The notes: a model not told the origin generated them from the letters alone. A stretch of 64,000 bases of DNA from an uncultured delta proteobacterium (GCA_963782055.1 CAWAIF010000003.1:640001-704000); one strand, 5' to 3'; shown: positions 30,497 to 41,328, counted from the first letter of the stretch. A program made the numbers and translations.

Positions 30497-31773
30497 GGGG
30501 CCGGCTGCTGCTGCTCGTCGCCCCCGCGCTCGTCGCGGTGGCGGCGATCGCGGTGCTCGTCACGTGGCGCGCGCTGTGGGCCGCCGACGAGGACGCCGCA
30601 CGGACGCGCGCCTCGGCGCTGGTCACCGCGTTCGACGCCGAGCTCGGGGAGGGCGATCCCCCCGACATGGGCGCCAGCGAGGTGCTGGCGGAGGTGACCA
30701 AGGAGGGCGTGGCCGCCACGCTGCTCGACGATGCGTCGGGGCGGCGGTGGGACGGCGGCCTCCCGCTCGCCGCGGAGATCGCCGCGCTGCCCGCGGGGCA
30801 GTGCGCGCTGGCGCGCTCGGGCGGCGTGTGGTGGCGCGGCTGCCGGGTGCGGCGAGGCGATCACGAGGCCGTGGCCGCCATGCCGGTGACGTCTCACGTC
30901 GGGGTGGTGGCGAACGTGGCGGAGGCGATGGGCGTCGTGCTCGTCGCGGCGCTGGTCGCGCTCGTGCTCGCGGGGCGCGCGGCGGTGAAGCAGCCGCTCG
31001 CCTCGGTGGGGCGGCTGGTGGAGTGGAGCGAGAGCGTCGTGGCGGCCGGCGGCGAGCCGCCGCCCCCGCCGGCGGCCGACTCGGAGGAGATGCGGCGCCT
31101 CGGGGGGGCCTTCGACGCGCTGGTGCGGCGGCTGGTGCAGGCGCTCGCGCGCGAGCGCGCGACGGCCGCGCACATCGCCCACGAGCTTCGCACGCCGCTC
31201 ACCGCGATGCGCGCGGAGCTGGAGGAGCTGCTGCCCTCCGGCGGCGATCGCGTGGAGCGAATGCTGGGCGACGCCGACCGGCTGGCGCGGGTGATCGACG
31301 CCATCTTGCTGCTGTCCTCGCCGCAGAAGGCGGAGAAGACGGAGGGCGTGGTGAACGTCGCCGACGTGGTGCGCGAGCTGGCGCCGCGTGGAGCGGAGGT
31401 GGACGCCCCCGACGAGGCGCTGGTCGACGCGGACCCGAACCTCGTGGAGCTGGCCGTGCACAACCTCATCGAGAACGCGCTGAAGCACGGCGGGCGCCCG
31501 GCGCGCGCGGTTCACGTCACGCGCGTGGAGGGCGGCGTGCGCGTCTCGGTGGTGGACGACGGCAAGGGGATGGCCCCGGACGCCATTCCCCACATCTTCG
31601 ACCGCTACTGGCGCGGCTCCGGAGACGTCGGGGGCACCGGCCTCGGGCTGGCGCTCGTCCGCGCGGTCGCCGAGCGCTATGGCGGAGCGGTGCACGCCGC
31701 GCCCGCCGCCGGGTCTGGACTGGAGGTGGGCATCACCTTCGGGCGCGTCCTCGGGTGGCACGCCCACGCCTGA
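30466..31773 (+). CDS. HAMP-domain sensor histidine kinase
   Basis: Two TMs; AHELRTPL H-box; [14 protein letters not shown] and GTGLGL boxes. Confidence 0.92.
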   Translation: MGARTLESSLRGRLLLLVAPALVAVAAIAVLVTWRALWAADEDAARTRASALVTAFDAELGEGDPPDMGASEVLAEVTKEGVAATLLDDASGRRWDGGLPLAAEIAALPAGQCALARSGGVWWRGCRVRRGDHEAVAAMPVTSHVGVVANVAEAMGVVLVAALVALVLAGRAAVKQPLASVGRLVEWSESVVAAGGEPPPPPAADSEEMRRLGGAFDALVRRLVQALARERATAAHIAHELRTPLTAMRAELEELLPSGGDRVERMLGDADRLARVIDAILLLSSPQKAEKTEGVVNVADVVRELAPRGAEVDAPDEALVDADPNLVELAVHNLIENALKHGGRPARAVHVTRVEGGVRVSVVDDGKGMAPDAIPHIFDRYWRGSGDVGGTGLGLALVRAVAERYGGAVHAAPAAGSGLEVGITFGRVLGWHAHA

Positions 31774-31808
31774 CCGTTAGGATCCCGTTCAGGTTGGCCC
31801 GATAGCCT
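31774..31808 (+). promoter_or_regulatory. Possible OmpR-family direct-repeat binding site and -10 upstream of the efflux operon
   Basis: CCGTT repeated at 11-bp spacing (GTTAGG-N5-GTTCAG), followed by TAGCCT 6 bp before ATG 31815. Confidence 0.35.
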
Positions 31809-31814
31809 TGCGCG

Positions 31815-33032
31815 ATGAGGCACGCGACGGTGACCACGGCGCTCGCTCTCGGCGTGACGCTGGTCGCGGCGGCTGCATACGCCCAGCCGACGACGCCGAT
31901 CGGCTACCGTGACGCGCTGGAGCGGGCGCGGCGGGCCTCGCCCGACGTGGCGGCCGTGAGGGCCGAGGAGGCCGTCGCCCGGGCGGGCGTCGGGGTGGCG
32001 GGCACCTACCCCAATCCCTCGTGGGCCGTGGGCACGAACAGCCAGACCGCGGTCGTGAGCGGCGACGTCTCCATCCCGCTCGTCGTGCTGGGGCAGATCG
32101 GGACGGCCAAGGATGCCGCGCGCGGCGACCTGGATGTGGCCCGCATGGACACGCGCGTCGCGTGGGCCGACGTCCGCGCGCAGGCCGCGCACGCCTTCGT
32201 CGCGCTGTGGCTGGCGGACAAGGTCGCCGCGGAGCGCCGCACGGCCTCGGGGATCGAGCAGCGCCTGGAGCGCGCCGTCAACGATCGCGTCGACGTGGGG
32301 GCGGCGCCGCAGATCGACGCGCTGCGCGTGCACGCCGAGCGACTGCGGGCCGACGCGGAGGCCGACGAGGCCTCGGCGCTGGTGGTCGCCGCGGCCGCCG
32401 AGCTCGGGCGGTGGATCGGCATGGACGACGGCTCGTCGCTGAGGCCCGCCGGGGATCCCGACGTGCCGTCGCCCGCGCCGTCCCTCGGGGCGATGCGGGC
32501 GCGGGTGGGCGCGAGCCCGGCCGTCAGGCGTGCGCACGCGGAGGCTGCCGCGGCCCTCGCGCGGGCGAGCCACGAGCGGGCGCTGGCGCGGCCCACCCTC
32601 AGCCTGGACCTGGGGATCGATCTGTTCGACCCGACGCTCCCCGACACCAACTACCGCGCGCAGCTCGGCTTCGACTTCCCCATCTTCAACTACCGCGGCT
32701 CGTACGTGGACCGCGAGGAGAACGCCGCGGCGGCCGCCCGCTCGCGCGAGGCCGCGGAGCGCATCGCGCTGCTGGCCGCGCTCACGGCCTCGTACGCGCG
32801 CTTCGCGGCGATCGGGCGGCGCGCCGACGTGCTCGCCACCGGCGTGGTGCCCGCGGCCGAGGCGGCGGCCCGTGCGACCGAGGACGCCTACGGCCTGGGC
32901 CGGGCCTCGCTCGTGGCGGTGCTCGACGCCGAGAAGGCACGCCTGGACGCGCGGGTGTCGCTGGAGCAGGCGCGCGCGGAGCGCGCCGACGCGTGGGTCG
33001 AGGTGGAGCACGCCGCGGGGGTGGCCCCGTGA
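31815..33032 (+). CDS. TolC/CzcC family outer-membrane efflux protein
   Basis: Signal peptide; PNP motif; Ala-rich helical repeats; AYGLGRASLVAVLDA; operon position. Confidence 0.88.
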   Translation: MRHATVTTALALGVTLVAAAAYAQPTTPIGYRDALERARRASPDVAAVRAEEAVARAGVGVAGTYPNPSWAVGTNSQTAVVSGDVSIPLVVLGQIGTAKDAARGDLDVARMDTRVAWADVRAQAAHAFVALWLADKVAAERRTASGIEQRLERAVNDRVDVGAAPQIDALRVHAERLRADAEADEASALVVAAAAELGRWIGMDDGSSLRPAGDPDVPSPAPSLGAMRARVGASPAVRRAHAEAAAALARASHERALARPTLSLDLGIDLFDPTLPDTNYRAQLGFDFPIFNYRGSYVDREENAAAAARSREAAERIALLAALTASYARFAAIGRRADVLATGVVPAAEAAARATEDAYGLGRASLVAVLDAEKARLDARVSLEQARAERADAWVEVEHAAGVAP

Positions 33033-34096
33033 GGCGGGCGTGGGCGTGCGTGGCGGCGCTCGGGGTGCTCGTCGTGGCCTGCAAGAAGAGCGAGCAGCGC
33101 GACGAGCTCACGGCGGTGCCGGTGCACTGCGTGGCGCCGGAGCGCCGCGACGTGGACGAGACGGTGAAGCTCCGCGGTCGCGTCGCGCCGCCGCCCGGCG
33201 GGGACGTGGCGGTGGCGTCGCAGGTGGAGGGGCGCGTCGAGTCCGTCCCGGTGCGCGAGGGGCAGACGGTGGCGGTGGGCGACGTCGTGGCGCTCATCGA
33301 TGGCGCGCCCTCGCGCGACGCGCTCCGCCAGGCGGACGCGGCGCTCGCCCAGGCGCGCGCCAACGACGCCAACGCCGCAGCCACGCTCGCGCGCGTGCAG
33401 GCGCTGGTCTCGCGGGGCATCGCCGCCAAGCAGGAGCTGGATGACGCGCAGGCGCACGCGGACGCCGCCCACGCCGAGGTGAGCTCCGCCGCGGCGGCCG
33501 CCAGCCAGGCGCGCCGCACGCTCGGGCGCGTGCAGGTCCGCACCGGGGTCGCCGGCGTGGTGACGCGCGTGTGGCGCGGCGCCGGCGCGCTGGTGGACGG
33601 TACGGCCTCCACGCCGATCGTGGAGGTCGCGTCCTCGGCGGCGATCGAGTTCGTGGCGGACGCGACGGTACGGCAGCTCGACCGCGTCGCGCCCGGACTG
33701 ATGGCGAGCGTGTCCCTCGTCTCCGGCGAGAAGCTGAAGGGCACCGTCGTCACCCGCGCCAGCGCGCTCGACCCCACCACCGGCCTGGGCACCGTGCGGG
33801 TGGGGCTCGCGTCGGCCCCGCCCACGATCCCGGTCGGCACCTTCGGAACGGTGGTCGTCACCCTCGCGACGAGAAAGGGCGTGCCCACGCTCCCGGTCGC
33901 GGCCCTGCGGGGCGCCGTGGCCGACGGCGCCGAGGTGGCGGTGTGCGCCGGCGGCAAGGCGCAGATCCGCACCGTGCAGGTCGGCTGGCGCGACGCCGAG
34001 CGCTTCGAGGTGACGGGCGTGAAGGACGGCGAGCTCGTCGCGATCGACCACGTCCTCGGCCTCACCGACGGGACGCCGCTGGCGGAGGCGAAGTGA
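33029..34096 (+). CDS. RND efflux periplasmic adaptor (MFP) lipoprotein
   Basis: GTG start overlapping the TolC stop; VVAC lipobox; VEGRVESVPVREGQTVAVGD lipoyl-like motif. Confidence 0.88.
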   Translation: MRRAWACVAALGVLVVACKKSEQRDELTAVPVHCVAPERRDVDETVKLRGRVAPPPGGDVAVASQVEGRVESVPVREGQTVAVGDVVALIDGAPSRDALRQADAALAQARANDANAAATLARVQALVSRGIAAKQELDDAQAHADAAHAEVSSAAAAASQARRTLGRVQVRTGVAGVVTRVWRGAGALVDGTASTPIVEVASSAAIEFVADATVRQLDRVAPGLMASVSLVSGEKLKGTVVTRASALDPTTGLGTVRVGLASAPPTIPVGTFGTVVVTLATRKGVPTLPVAALRGAVADGAEVAVCAGGKAQIRTVQVGWRDAERFEVTGVKDGELVAIDHVLGLTDGTPLAEAK

Positions 34097-37000
34097 TCGC
34101 GCTGCTTCGGCGGCACGCCAACCTCGTCTGGCTCACCACCGCGCTCCTGGTGCTGCTCGGGGTGGAGTCGGCGCTCTCCATGCCCAGCGGCATCTACCCG
34201 GAGGTGGAGTTCCCGCGCATCGTGGTCGTCGCGCGGACGGGGGGCTCGCCGCCCGATGTCTTCCTGACCCAGGTGACGCGTCCGCTGGAGCAGGAGCTGA
34301 CCGCCGTGCTCGGCGTGCAGCGCATCCGCTCCCGCACCATCCGCGGGGCGACCGAGATCTCCCTGCAGTTCGCCCCTGGCACCGACATGTGGCGCGCCCT
34401 CGGCCTGGTGGAGGCGCGCGTCAACCAGACACGCAGCGAGCTGCCGCAGGATACCCAGATCGTCGTGCAGCGGATCACCACCGGCTCCTTCCCGGTGGTC
34501 ACCTTCAACGTGGCCGGCGCGGTGGACCCGCGCGAGCTGCGCGAGGTCGCCGAGTACGTCATCCGTCCGGCGCTGGGTAACGTCCCCGGCGTGGGCACGG
34601 TCGAGGTGCAGGGCGGCGACGTGCGCGAGGAGGAGGTGATCCTCGACCCCGAGGCTGTCGCGTCGCTGCACCTCGACGCGGCCGGCGTCGCGGCGAAGCT
34701 GCACGACGCGATGGGCCTGGCGGCGGTGGGACGCGTCAACCACGACCAGCAGGTGATCACCGTCGTGGGTGACGCGCGGCCGAAGACGCTCGACGACATC
34801 CGCGCCATGCCGGTCGCCACCACCCCGAGCGGTGGCGTCGTGCCTGTCGGGTCCATCGCCGAGGTGGTCGAGGGGCACGAGGACCGGACGTCCTTCGTGG
34901 GCGGTCCGCGCGGCGCGACCGTCAGCATCAGCGTGCCGCGCCTGCCCGGTGCGAGCACTCCCGACGTCGTGGCGGGCGCGCTCGCGGCGGTCGAGGCGCT
35001 GCGGCCCAGCCTCCCCGCCGGGGTGACCATCGAGCCCGTCTACGACCAGGCAAACCTCGTCAACGACTCCATCGCCGGCGTGCGCGACGCGATCGTGCTG
35101 GGCATCCTCCTGTGCGCGACCGTCATCGGTCTGTTCCTGCGCGACCTGCGGGCGGGTCTCCTCGCCGGCATCTCGGTCCCCATCACGCTGGCGATCAGCT
35201 TCGGCTTCATGAAGCTGTTCCACCAGACGCTCAACCTCATGTCCCTGGGCGGGATGGCGGTGGCGGTGGGGCTGGTGGTCGACGACGCCATCGTCATGAT
35301 CGAGGCGATCGCGCGGCGTCGGGATCTCGGGGACGACGCCGTCGCCGCGGCGACGAACGGCACGACCGAGCTCGCGCCGGCGATCATCGGGACCACCCTC
35401 ACCACGGTCGTCGTCTTCGTGCCGCTCGCATTCCTGCAGGGGGTCGTCGGCGACTTCTTCCGCGCGCTGGCGTTCACCGTGACGGCCGCGGTGCTCGTCT
35501 CGCTCGCCGTAGCGCTGGTGCTCGTCCCGCTGGCCGCGGGCGTAGGCCTCTCGTCGAAGCCTCGCCACGCGACCTCGGTGCTGGGGGGCGCCTACGAGAA
35601 GGTCGTCGGCGGGATGCTCCGCAAGCCGTGGCTCGCGGCCGTGGTGTTCGCCGTGGCGGTCGCCGCCGGGGTGCTGATCGCCCCGCACCTCGAGCGAGGC
35701 TTCCTCCCGACGATGGACGAGGGAGCCTTCGTGCTCGACTACTTCCTCCCGGCGGGTACGTCGCTCGAGGCGACCGATCACTACGCGAAGAAGATCGAGG
35801 CGGAGCTCAGGGCGACGCCGGAGGTGCTCACCTTCTCCCGGCGGACGGGGGCGGAGCTCGGCCCCGCGGCGGCGACGCAGTGGCACCGGGGTGACATCAT
35901 CGTCCGGCTGGTGGGGCGCGGCTCGCGCCACCGCTCCGCCGACGAGATCATCGCCGACGTGCGCGCGCGCGTGGAGCGCAACGTCCCGGAGGCGCGCGTG
36001 GAGTTCGTGCAGGTGCTCCAGGACGTGCTCAACGACCTGGCGGGCAACCCGCGTCCGATTCGAGATCAAGCTCTTCGGAGCGGACTACGGCAAGCTGAAC
36101 GAGCTGGGCGATCAGCTCGCAGGGCAGATCAAGGGAGTGGACGGCCTGGTGGACCTGTATGCGGGCCACGAGCGCGATGTGCCCGAGCTGCACTTCGGCG
36201 TGAACCGCGACGAGGCAGCGCGCTTCGGCGTCACGCCGGACGAGGTGAGCGCGCAGCTCGACACCGCCTTGCACGGGAGCGTCGTCGGGTCCGTCCGCCG
36301 CTACGACCGCCTCGTCGGCGTGCGCGTCCGCTACCCCGACCCGGTGCGCTTCGACAAGGCGCACGTGCTGGACCTGCCGTTCGTCGCCGCGGGGAAGGTC
36401 ACGACGTTCGACACGGTGACCGACATCGGCTTGCAGACCACGGCTTCGGAGCTCGAGCACGAGGCGCTGCAGCCGATGGTCGCGGTCACCGGCGACTACG
36501 AGGGGCGCGATCTGGGGAGCGTGGCGGACGACGTCGACGCCATCGCCAAGAAGCTGAAGGTCCCGCCCGGCTACCGGGTGGTGCTCGGCGGTCAGGCGGC
36601 GGCGCAGCGCGCCAGCCTGCACGACCTCCTGCGCATCGGAGGGCTCGCCGTGCTGCTCGTGCTCACGGTGCTCGCCGGGCAGTTCAAGCGGCTGCGCATC
36701 GCGGCGCTGGTGCTCGGCACCATCCCGGTGGCGGTGCTCGGGGCCATGGCGGCGCTGCTCGTCACCGGCACTCCCCTCAACGCGTCGTCCTTGATGGGGT
36801 GCGTGCTGCTCGTGGGGCTCGTGGTGAAGAACGGGGTCTTGCTCCTGGAGGAGGCAGAGCGTCGCGTGGAGTCGGGTGTGGCGGGCGACGAGGCCGTGAG
36901 GGGGGCGGCCGAGAGGCGCGTCCGCCCCATCGTCATGACCACCCTGGCCACCCTGGCCGGTCTGGCGCCGCTCGCCCTCAACATCGGGGCCGGCGCGGAG

Positions 37001-37120
37001 CTGCAGCAACCGCTGGCCATCGCGGTCATGGGCGGTCTCGTCACCTCGACGCTGGCCACGCTGGTGTTGCTGCCCCCCGCCGCCGCACCCCTGCTGCGCA
37101 TGGGCAAGAAGACGAGCTGA
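34093..37120 (+). pseudogene. CusA/CzcA/AcrB family RND permease split by a +1 frameshift near 36059-36060 (pseudogene or sequencing error)
   Basis: N-half (GLVVDDAIV) in the frame of 33571..37125; C-half (GLVVKNGVLL, RVRPIVMTT) in the frame of 35891..37120; CCG ATT CGA G reads P-I-E-I-K if one T is removed. Confidence 0.85.
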
Positions 37121-37136
37121 GGTAAGCTCACGTCCC

Positions 37137-37553
37137 GTGTGGGCGATCGAGCACGCGGTGGGGAGACTCGTCGAGATCAGGATCTGGTCGCCGGTGTCGC
37201 TCGCCGAGACGGGCCCGTGGGCGCAGCGTCACAACGCGGTGAGCGACGCGGTGGTGGGCCCGTACGTGTGCCTGGTGGATCTGGTCGACGCGACGGTGTT
37301 CCCGCCCGACGTCGTGGACGGCTTCGTGTCGACGATGCGCAACGAGCCGCGCCTGCTCCGCACCGCGACGTTGCTCAACGCCAGCCCCACCTTCGGCATG
37401 CAGATCCAGCGGATGATCCGTGAGGCGGACAACCCCGAGCGCCGCGCCTTCCGCGATCCGGCGGAGCTGCTGGCGTGGTTCTCCGGCGTGCTCACCGACG
37501 CGGAGTGCGCGCGCGTTTGCACCTTGCTCGCGTCGCGCGGCCTCGTGGCGTAG
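37137..37553 (+). CDS. Hypothetical small alpha/beta protein (STAS/SEC14-like)
   Basis: GC3-rich ORF; LVDL...RRAFRDPAELLAWF end typical of such domains. Confidence 0.6.
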   Translation: MWAIEHAVGRLVEIRIWSPVSLAETGPWAQRHNAVSDAVVGPYVCLVDLVDATVFPPDVVDGFVSTMRNEPRLLRTATLLNASPTFGMQIQRMIREADNPERRAFRDPAELLAWFSGVLTDAECARVCTLLASRGLVA

Positions 37554-37606
37554 TCGCACCCGCGCGGGGCCGCCGCGCAGCGCCTGCACTACGGTCGGCG
37601 AGCGCG

Positions 37607-37622
37607 TGGCACACGTGATGCA
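37607..37622 (+). promoter_or_regulatory. Putative sigma54 promoter
   Basis: TGGCACACGTGATGCA ends 14 bp before ATG 37636 (near-leaderless). Confidence 0.55.
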
Positions 37623-37635
37623 CTCGGACTTCCCC

Positions 37636-39141
37636 ATGCGTCCTCGCGCGGAGCACAACCAGACCCGCCGGTTGGAGCGGGGGATCCGCCTGCTCGCCGC
37701 GGGCTGCCTCGCCGTGGGATCCCTGTCGGCATGCGAGGGCGCGCCGGAGGGGCCGCCCTCGCTCGGCGGCACCGACGCCGCCGTCGGGACGCCCTCGGCG
37801 GCGACGCCGTCGTGCGCGTTCGCCGCGACGCCGCCCTTCACGCTCCCCGCCGTGCTGGGCGTGGAGCGTCCGCTGCGCGCGACGAGCGGGAGGGTGCCGT
37901 GCACCTCGGGCACCGGCTCGTATGACTTCGCGCTGCGTGACATGGACGGCGATCAGCGCGAGGACCTCGTCGTCACCCGCGCCTGCGACGACGCCACGGT
38001 GGGCGTCACGTCGTGGCGGGTCTACCCCAACAGCGGGGACGGCTTCGGTCCACCGGTGCGGTTCGCGCTTCCCGTACTCCCCGGGGCGGTCCCTTTGCCG
38101 TCGGGGTGCGCGCGCGAGTCGCTGGTGGACGTCGACGGAGATCGCCGCCCGGACATCCTCGTGACCGCGCTCTGCACCGACGCCGCCATCGGCACCACAC
38201 GGTGGCTGGCGTACCGCAACTTGGGGAAGGGCTTCGAGCCCACGCCGCGCTCCTTCGCCTTGCCTGCCGCACCCGCGCCCGGTCTCTACGTCGACACCGA
38301 GGTGGACGCGCCGAGCTGCCGGAGCTTCCAGCCGGCGTACCGCTTCTTCGATCTCACCGGCGACCTCGTGCCCGATCTGGTGGTGACGCAGGCGTGCGAC
38401 GACGCCACCGTCGGCCTCACGCACTGGCGCGTGTACGCGGGCACCGGCGACGGCGTCGCCGCGCCGGTCGACTTCGCTTTGCCTCCGGGCGGCACCTTCG
38501 CGTCGTCGGTCGGCGGCGCGATCGCGTGTCGGCCCTCCTTCCCGACGCCTCGCTACACGCTGCTCGACTTCGACGGCGACCTGACGCCGGACCTGCTGAT
38601 CACCGGGAGCTGCACCGACACCACCGTCGGCGATACCACGTGGCTCGTCTACCGCAACGACGGGACCTCCTTCGCCCAGGCGCCGCTCCACGTGCCGCTC
38701 CCCATCGTGCCGCGGACTCCCGCCCCGCCCTTCGAGCTCCCCTCCGGGAGCGTGGCGTGCGCCGGCGGCTCCCGCGTGATGACGCACACGCTGGTGGACG
38801 TGGACGGCGACATGGCGCCGGACATCCTCTTCACCAGCGCATGCGACGACTCCTCCGACGGCGTCCTGTACTGGCGCGTCGCGCGCAACCAGGGCGCCGG
38901 GTTCGCGGCGCCCGTGCCCTACGCCCTCCCGCCGGCGCTCGGCGCGACGCCGGACATGTCCGTCGGCCTCGGCGGTCCGCTCGCGTGCGCCACGCTCCCG
39001 CATCGCGCGAGGTTCGCGGCGGAGCCGCTGCTCGGGCCGGACCTCGAGCTGGTCGCGACGTCGTCGTGCGACGACGCCAGCGTGGGGTCGTCGCGGTGGC
39101 TGCTCTTCCGCCCGTCGTGCCTTCCCTCTGCCGGGCGGTGA
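37636..39141 (+). CDS. FG-GAP/VCBS-like repeat lipoprotein
   Basis: LSAC lipobox; five DxxGDxxxDL/I repeats plus one degenerate repeat, each followed by CxD..G..W..Y. Confidence 0.85.
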   Translation: MRPRAEHNQTRRLERGIRLLAAGCLAVGSLSACEGAPEGPPSLGGTDAAVGTPSAATPSCAFAATPPFTLPAVLGVERPLRATSGRVPCTSGTGSYDFALRDMDGDQREDLVVTRACDDATVGVTSWRVYPNSGDGFGPPVRFALPVLPGAVPLPSGCARESLVDVDGDRRPDILVTALCTDAAIGTTRWLAYRNLGKGFEPTPRSFALPAAPAPGLYVDTEVDAPSCRSFQPAYRFFDLTGDLVPDLVVTQACDDATVGLTHWRVYAGTGDGVAAPVDFALPPGGTFASSVGGAIACRPSFPTPRYTLLDFDGDLTPDLLITGSCTDTTVGDTTWLVYRNDGTSFAQAPLHVPLPIVPRTPAPPFELPSGSVACAGGSRVMTHTLVDVDGDMAPDILFTSACDDSSDGVLYWRVARNQGAGFAAPVPYALPPALGATPDMSVGLGGPLACATLPHRARFAAEPLLGPDLELVATSSCDDASVGSSRWLLFRPSCLPSAGR

Positions 39142-39145
39142 CGGA

Positions 39146-39613
39146 TCAGCCGCCGCTTGACGCGCTGCTCGGCGGCGTCGCGGCGCCGCCGTCCGCGTCC
39201 GCGCCGGGACCGGGGCAGCCGGTGGCCGGGTCGGCGGCGGCGGGGTCGTCGGGGCAGCGGTCCACCTCGTCGGGGACCACGTCGCCGAGCTCGTAGAGGT
39301 CGACGGTCGGGGTCTCCGGCGGCGTGGTCGCGGCGACGGGGCTGGAGCACGCGGCGAGGGACACCGCGGCGGCCAGCGTCGCCGCCGCCCTGAAGCGCAC
39401 GTCCCCGCGGGCGTCGCGGGCGAAGCGCACGCACAGCCGAGCGCCGCGGGCGGCGGCGAGCAGCGCGCGCGCCTCCTCCTCGGTGCGGGCCGAGAGGTCG
39501 TGGACCTCCTTCCGGCATGCGTCACAGAAGCGGGTGCGATCGTCGCCGCGCATGGCGGCGAAGGACCCCGTGCAGGGGCGGGCGATGGGCAACATGCGGA
39601 GCGCCATGTCCAT
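39146..39613 (-). CDS. Hypothetical protein with N-terminal Cys motif, TM/lipobox-like segment and TSP3-like tail
   Basis: PC..RFCDACRKEVHDLS..LCVR; AAVSLAAC; GDVVPDEVDRCPDDP. Confidence 0.7.
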   Translation of the reverse strand: MDMALRMLPIARPCTGSFAAMRGDDRTRFCDACRKEVHDLSARTEEEARALLAAARGARLCVRFARDARGDVRFRAAATLAAAVSLAACSSPVAATTPPETPTVDLYELGDVVPDEVDRCPDDPAAADPATGCPGPGADADGGAATPPSSASSGG

Positions 39614-39701
39614 CGTACGCGGCGTGGCGCCGTCTGCTCCCCTGCGGCGGGTCCGCCGCGCCGCGCCGCCCCCCCCCGGCGGCGCGGGCGATCGCCTCGT
39701 C

Positions 39702-40031
39702 TCAGCGGCGGTGGCCGCCGTGCTCGCCGTGGTCGTGGCGCTCCTGGTGGTCGACCCTGTGGTCGCGCATCAGGCGCTCGAGCTGTCGCACCTCCTTCCG
39801 GAGCACCGCGCGGTCACGGCGCGCGTCGGCGAACCGGTGCGCGCGCTCGTCGCGGGCGATGTCGGCCCGGCGGTGCGCGATGTCGACGCGCAGGCGCGCG
39901 ATCTCCATGTCGTCGCGGCGGACGTCGCTCGTGCGGGCGTGGCCGTCGTGCTCGTCGGCGAAGGCGAGCGTCGGCAGCGAGACCGCGGCGAGGGTGGTGA
40001 GGATGACGATGAGCTTCTTCGAGCGAACCAT
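39702..40031 (-). CDS. Secreted Arg/Asp/His-rich helical protein
   Basis: AAGGAG RBS; signal ending AFA-D; R/D/H-rich coiled-coil body. Confidence 0.7.
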   Translation of the reverse strand: MVRSKKLIVILTTLAAVSLPTLAFADEHDGHARTSDVRRDDMEIARLRVDIAHRRADIARDERAHRFADARRDRAVLRKEVRQLERLMRDHRVDHQERHDHGEHGGHRR

Positions 40032-40085
40032 GATGACAATCTCTCCTTGAGCCGGGGGTGAGTGGGCCGGCGTGTTCATGAGAAG

Positions 40086-40101
40086 AGCAACCGGCGTGCC
40101 C
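40086..40101 (-). promoter_or_regulatory. Putative sigma54 promoter
   Basis: Minus strand GGGCACGCCGGTTGCT, a canonical GGCAC-N5-TTGC match, 55 bp upstream of ATG 40031. Confidence 0.65.
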
Positions 40102-40247
40102 CGCTCCTTCCCGCGGGATCCCCGCGCGGATCGATCGTGTGCAATCGCGCGTTCACGCCCGACCGGATCGCGATGGGCGCGCCGCCCGGCGCGATTGAAT
40201 TCGCGCGGCGCGCGTCCGTCCAACGAGAGAACCCGGGGGGCCGGAGA

Positions 40248-41327
40248 TCACCCGCGCTCGGCCCACTTCACCGCCGCCAGCGCGTCCACCACCCCCGCGC
40301 CCTGCTGCTCGTCCGGCACGCCCTCCAGGCGTCGCGCCGTCGCGCGCAGGCCCTCGCGCACCTTCTCCACGCCGAGGCGCGGCGACGCCTCCAGCATCTG
40401 CGCGACGATCCCGGCCACCACCGGCGCGGCGAAGCTCGTCCCGTCCACGTGCTGGTAGTCCGGCGCGATGTACTTCTGCAGCGCGATGCGCGCGTCCACT
40501 ACCTCGAGCAGGTCGGCGGCGGACTCGCGGGCGCGCGGGTCCTCGGGCGGGTCGATCTGCATCTCCTCCAGGACCGTCAAGAGGTCGTAGAGCGCATGCG
40601 CCTCGCGTGCCTGCAACGTGCCGGGCACCATCGGCGCGGGCACCCAGATGGCCGGCGCGACGACGTCCGGCTTGTGCACGCCGGGGTGCGTCTCGCCGTA
40701 GCTCGACGGCCACGGCACGTCGTCGCTCGGGTCGCGCGTGTTGCGGTCGTCCAGGCCGCCGACCGTCACCACGCGCGCGGCCGATGCGGGGGGGCGCGGC
40801 GCCTCGCCGGGGACGTTGCCCGCCGCCGCCACCACCACGATGCCCGCGCGGACCGCCGCCGCCGCCGCGCGCTCCACGTCCTCGGCGTCGGGGTCGTCCT
40901 CGTCCGCGCCCACCGAGATGCTGATCACGCGCACGCCGAGCTCGGGGTGGTGCACCGGCAGCCGCAGCGCGGCGGCGATGCTCTTGCCCGACACGCTGCC
41001 GTCGGCGTCGTCGCCCGCCTTGATCAGCACCACGTCGCTCTCGTACGCCAGGCTCCGGTAACGGCCGCCGGAGAGGTAGCCGTTGCCCACCGCGCAGCAC
41101 GCGGTCATCGTGCCGTGCCACGACCACGGCCGGCGCGACAGCAGCTCGGCGCGCAGCGCGTCGTCGCGCGTCACGTCGACGTAGGCGCGGATGCGGCTGC
41201 GCGGCTGGAGCAGGTCGGGGTGCGGGTAGAACCCCGCGTCGATCACCGCGACGCAGATGCCGCGGCCGGCGTACGCGCTGCTCGGGCATAGACGCTCGGC
41301 CAGGGACTGGATCTGCGGGCGCGGCAC
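40248..41327 (-). CDS. S8 subtilisin-family serine protease, intracellular AprX-like
   Basis: VIDAG (Asp), HGTMTA (His), AAAGN, KPDVVAP, GTSFAAP (Ser); no signal peptide. Confidence 0.9.
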   Translation of the reverse strand: MPRPQIQSLAERLCPSSAYAGRGICVAVIDAGFYPHPDLLQPRSRIRAYVDVTRDDALRAELLSRRPWSWHGTMTACCAVGNGYLSGGRYRSLAYESDVVLIKAGDDADGSVSGKSIAAALRLPVHHPELGVRVISISVGADEDDPDAEDVERAAAAAVRAGIVVVAAAGNVPGEAPRPPASAARVVTVGGLDDRNTRDPSDDVPWPSSYGETHPGVHKPDVVAPAIWVPAPMVPGTLQAREAHALYDLLTVLEEMQIDPPEDPRARESAADLLEVVDARIALQKYIAPDYQHVDGTSFAAPVVAGIVAQMLEASPRLGVEKVREGLRATARRLEGVPDEQQGAGVVDALAAVKWAERG

Positions 41328-41328
41328 C

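Noticed and set aside
32782..36069. Very long antisense and alternate-frame ORFs (e.g. 32782..36069-, 46356..49043+, 9690..12215-)
   Set aside because: Shadow ORFs expected at this GC content; they overlap well-supported genes and lack recognisable motifs
36040..36080. Programmed ribosomal frameshift in the RND gene
   Set aside because: No slippery heptamer or obvious stimulator; a single extra T explains it
37110..37137. Fifth copy of the repeat family after the RND stop (TGAGGTAAGCTCACGTCC)
   Set aside because: Only a GCTCAC.TCC fragment matches; too short to distinguish from chance
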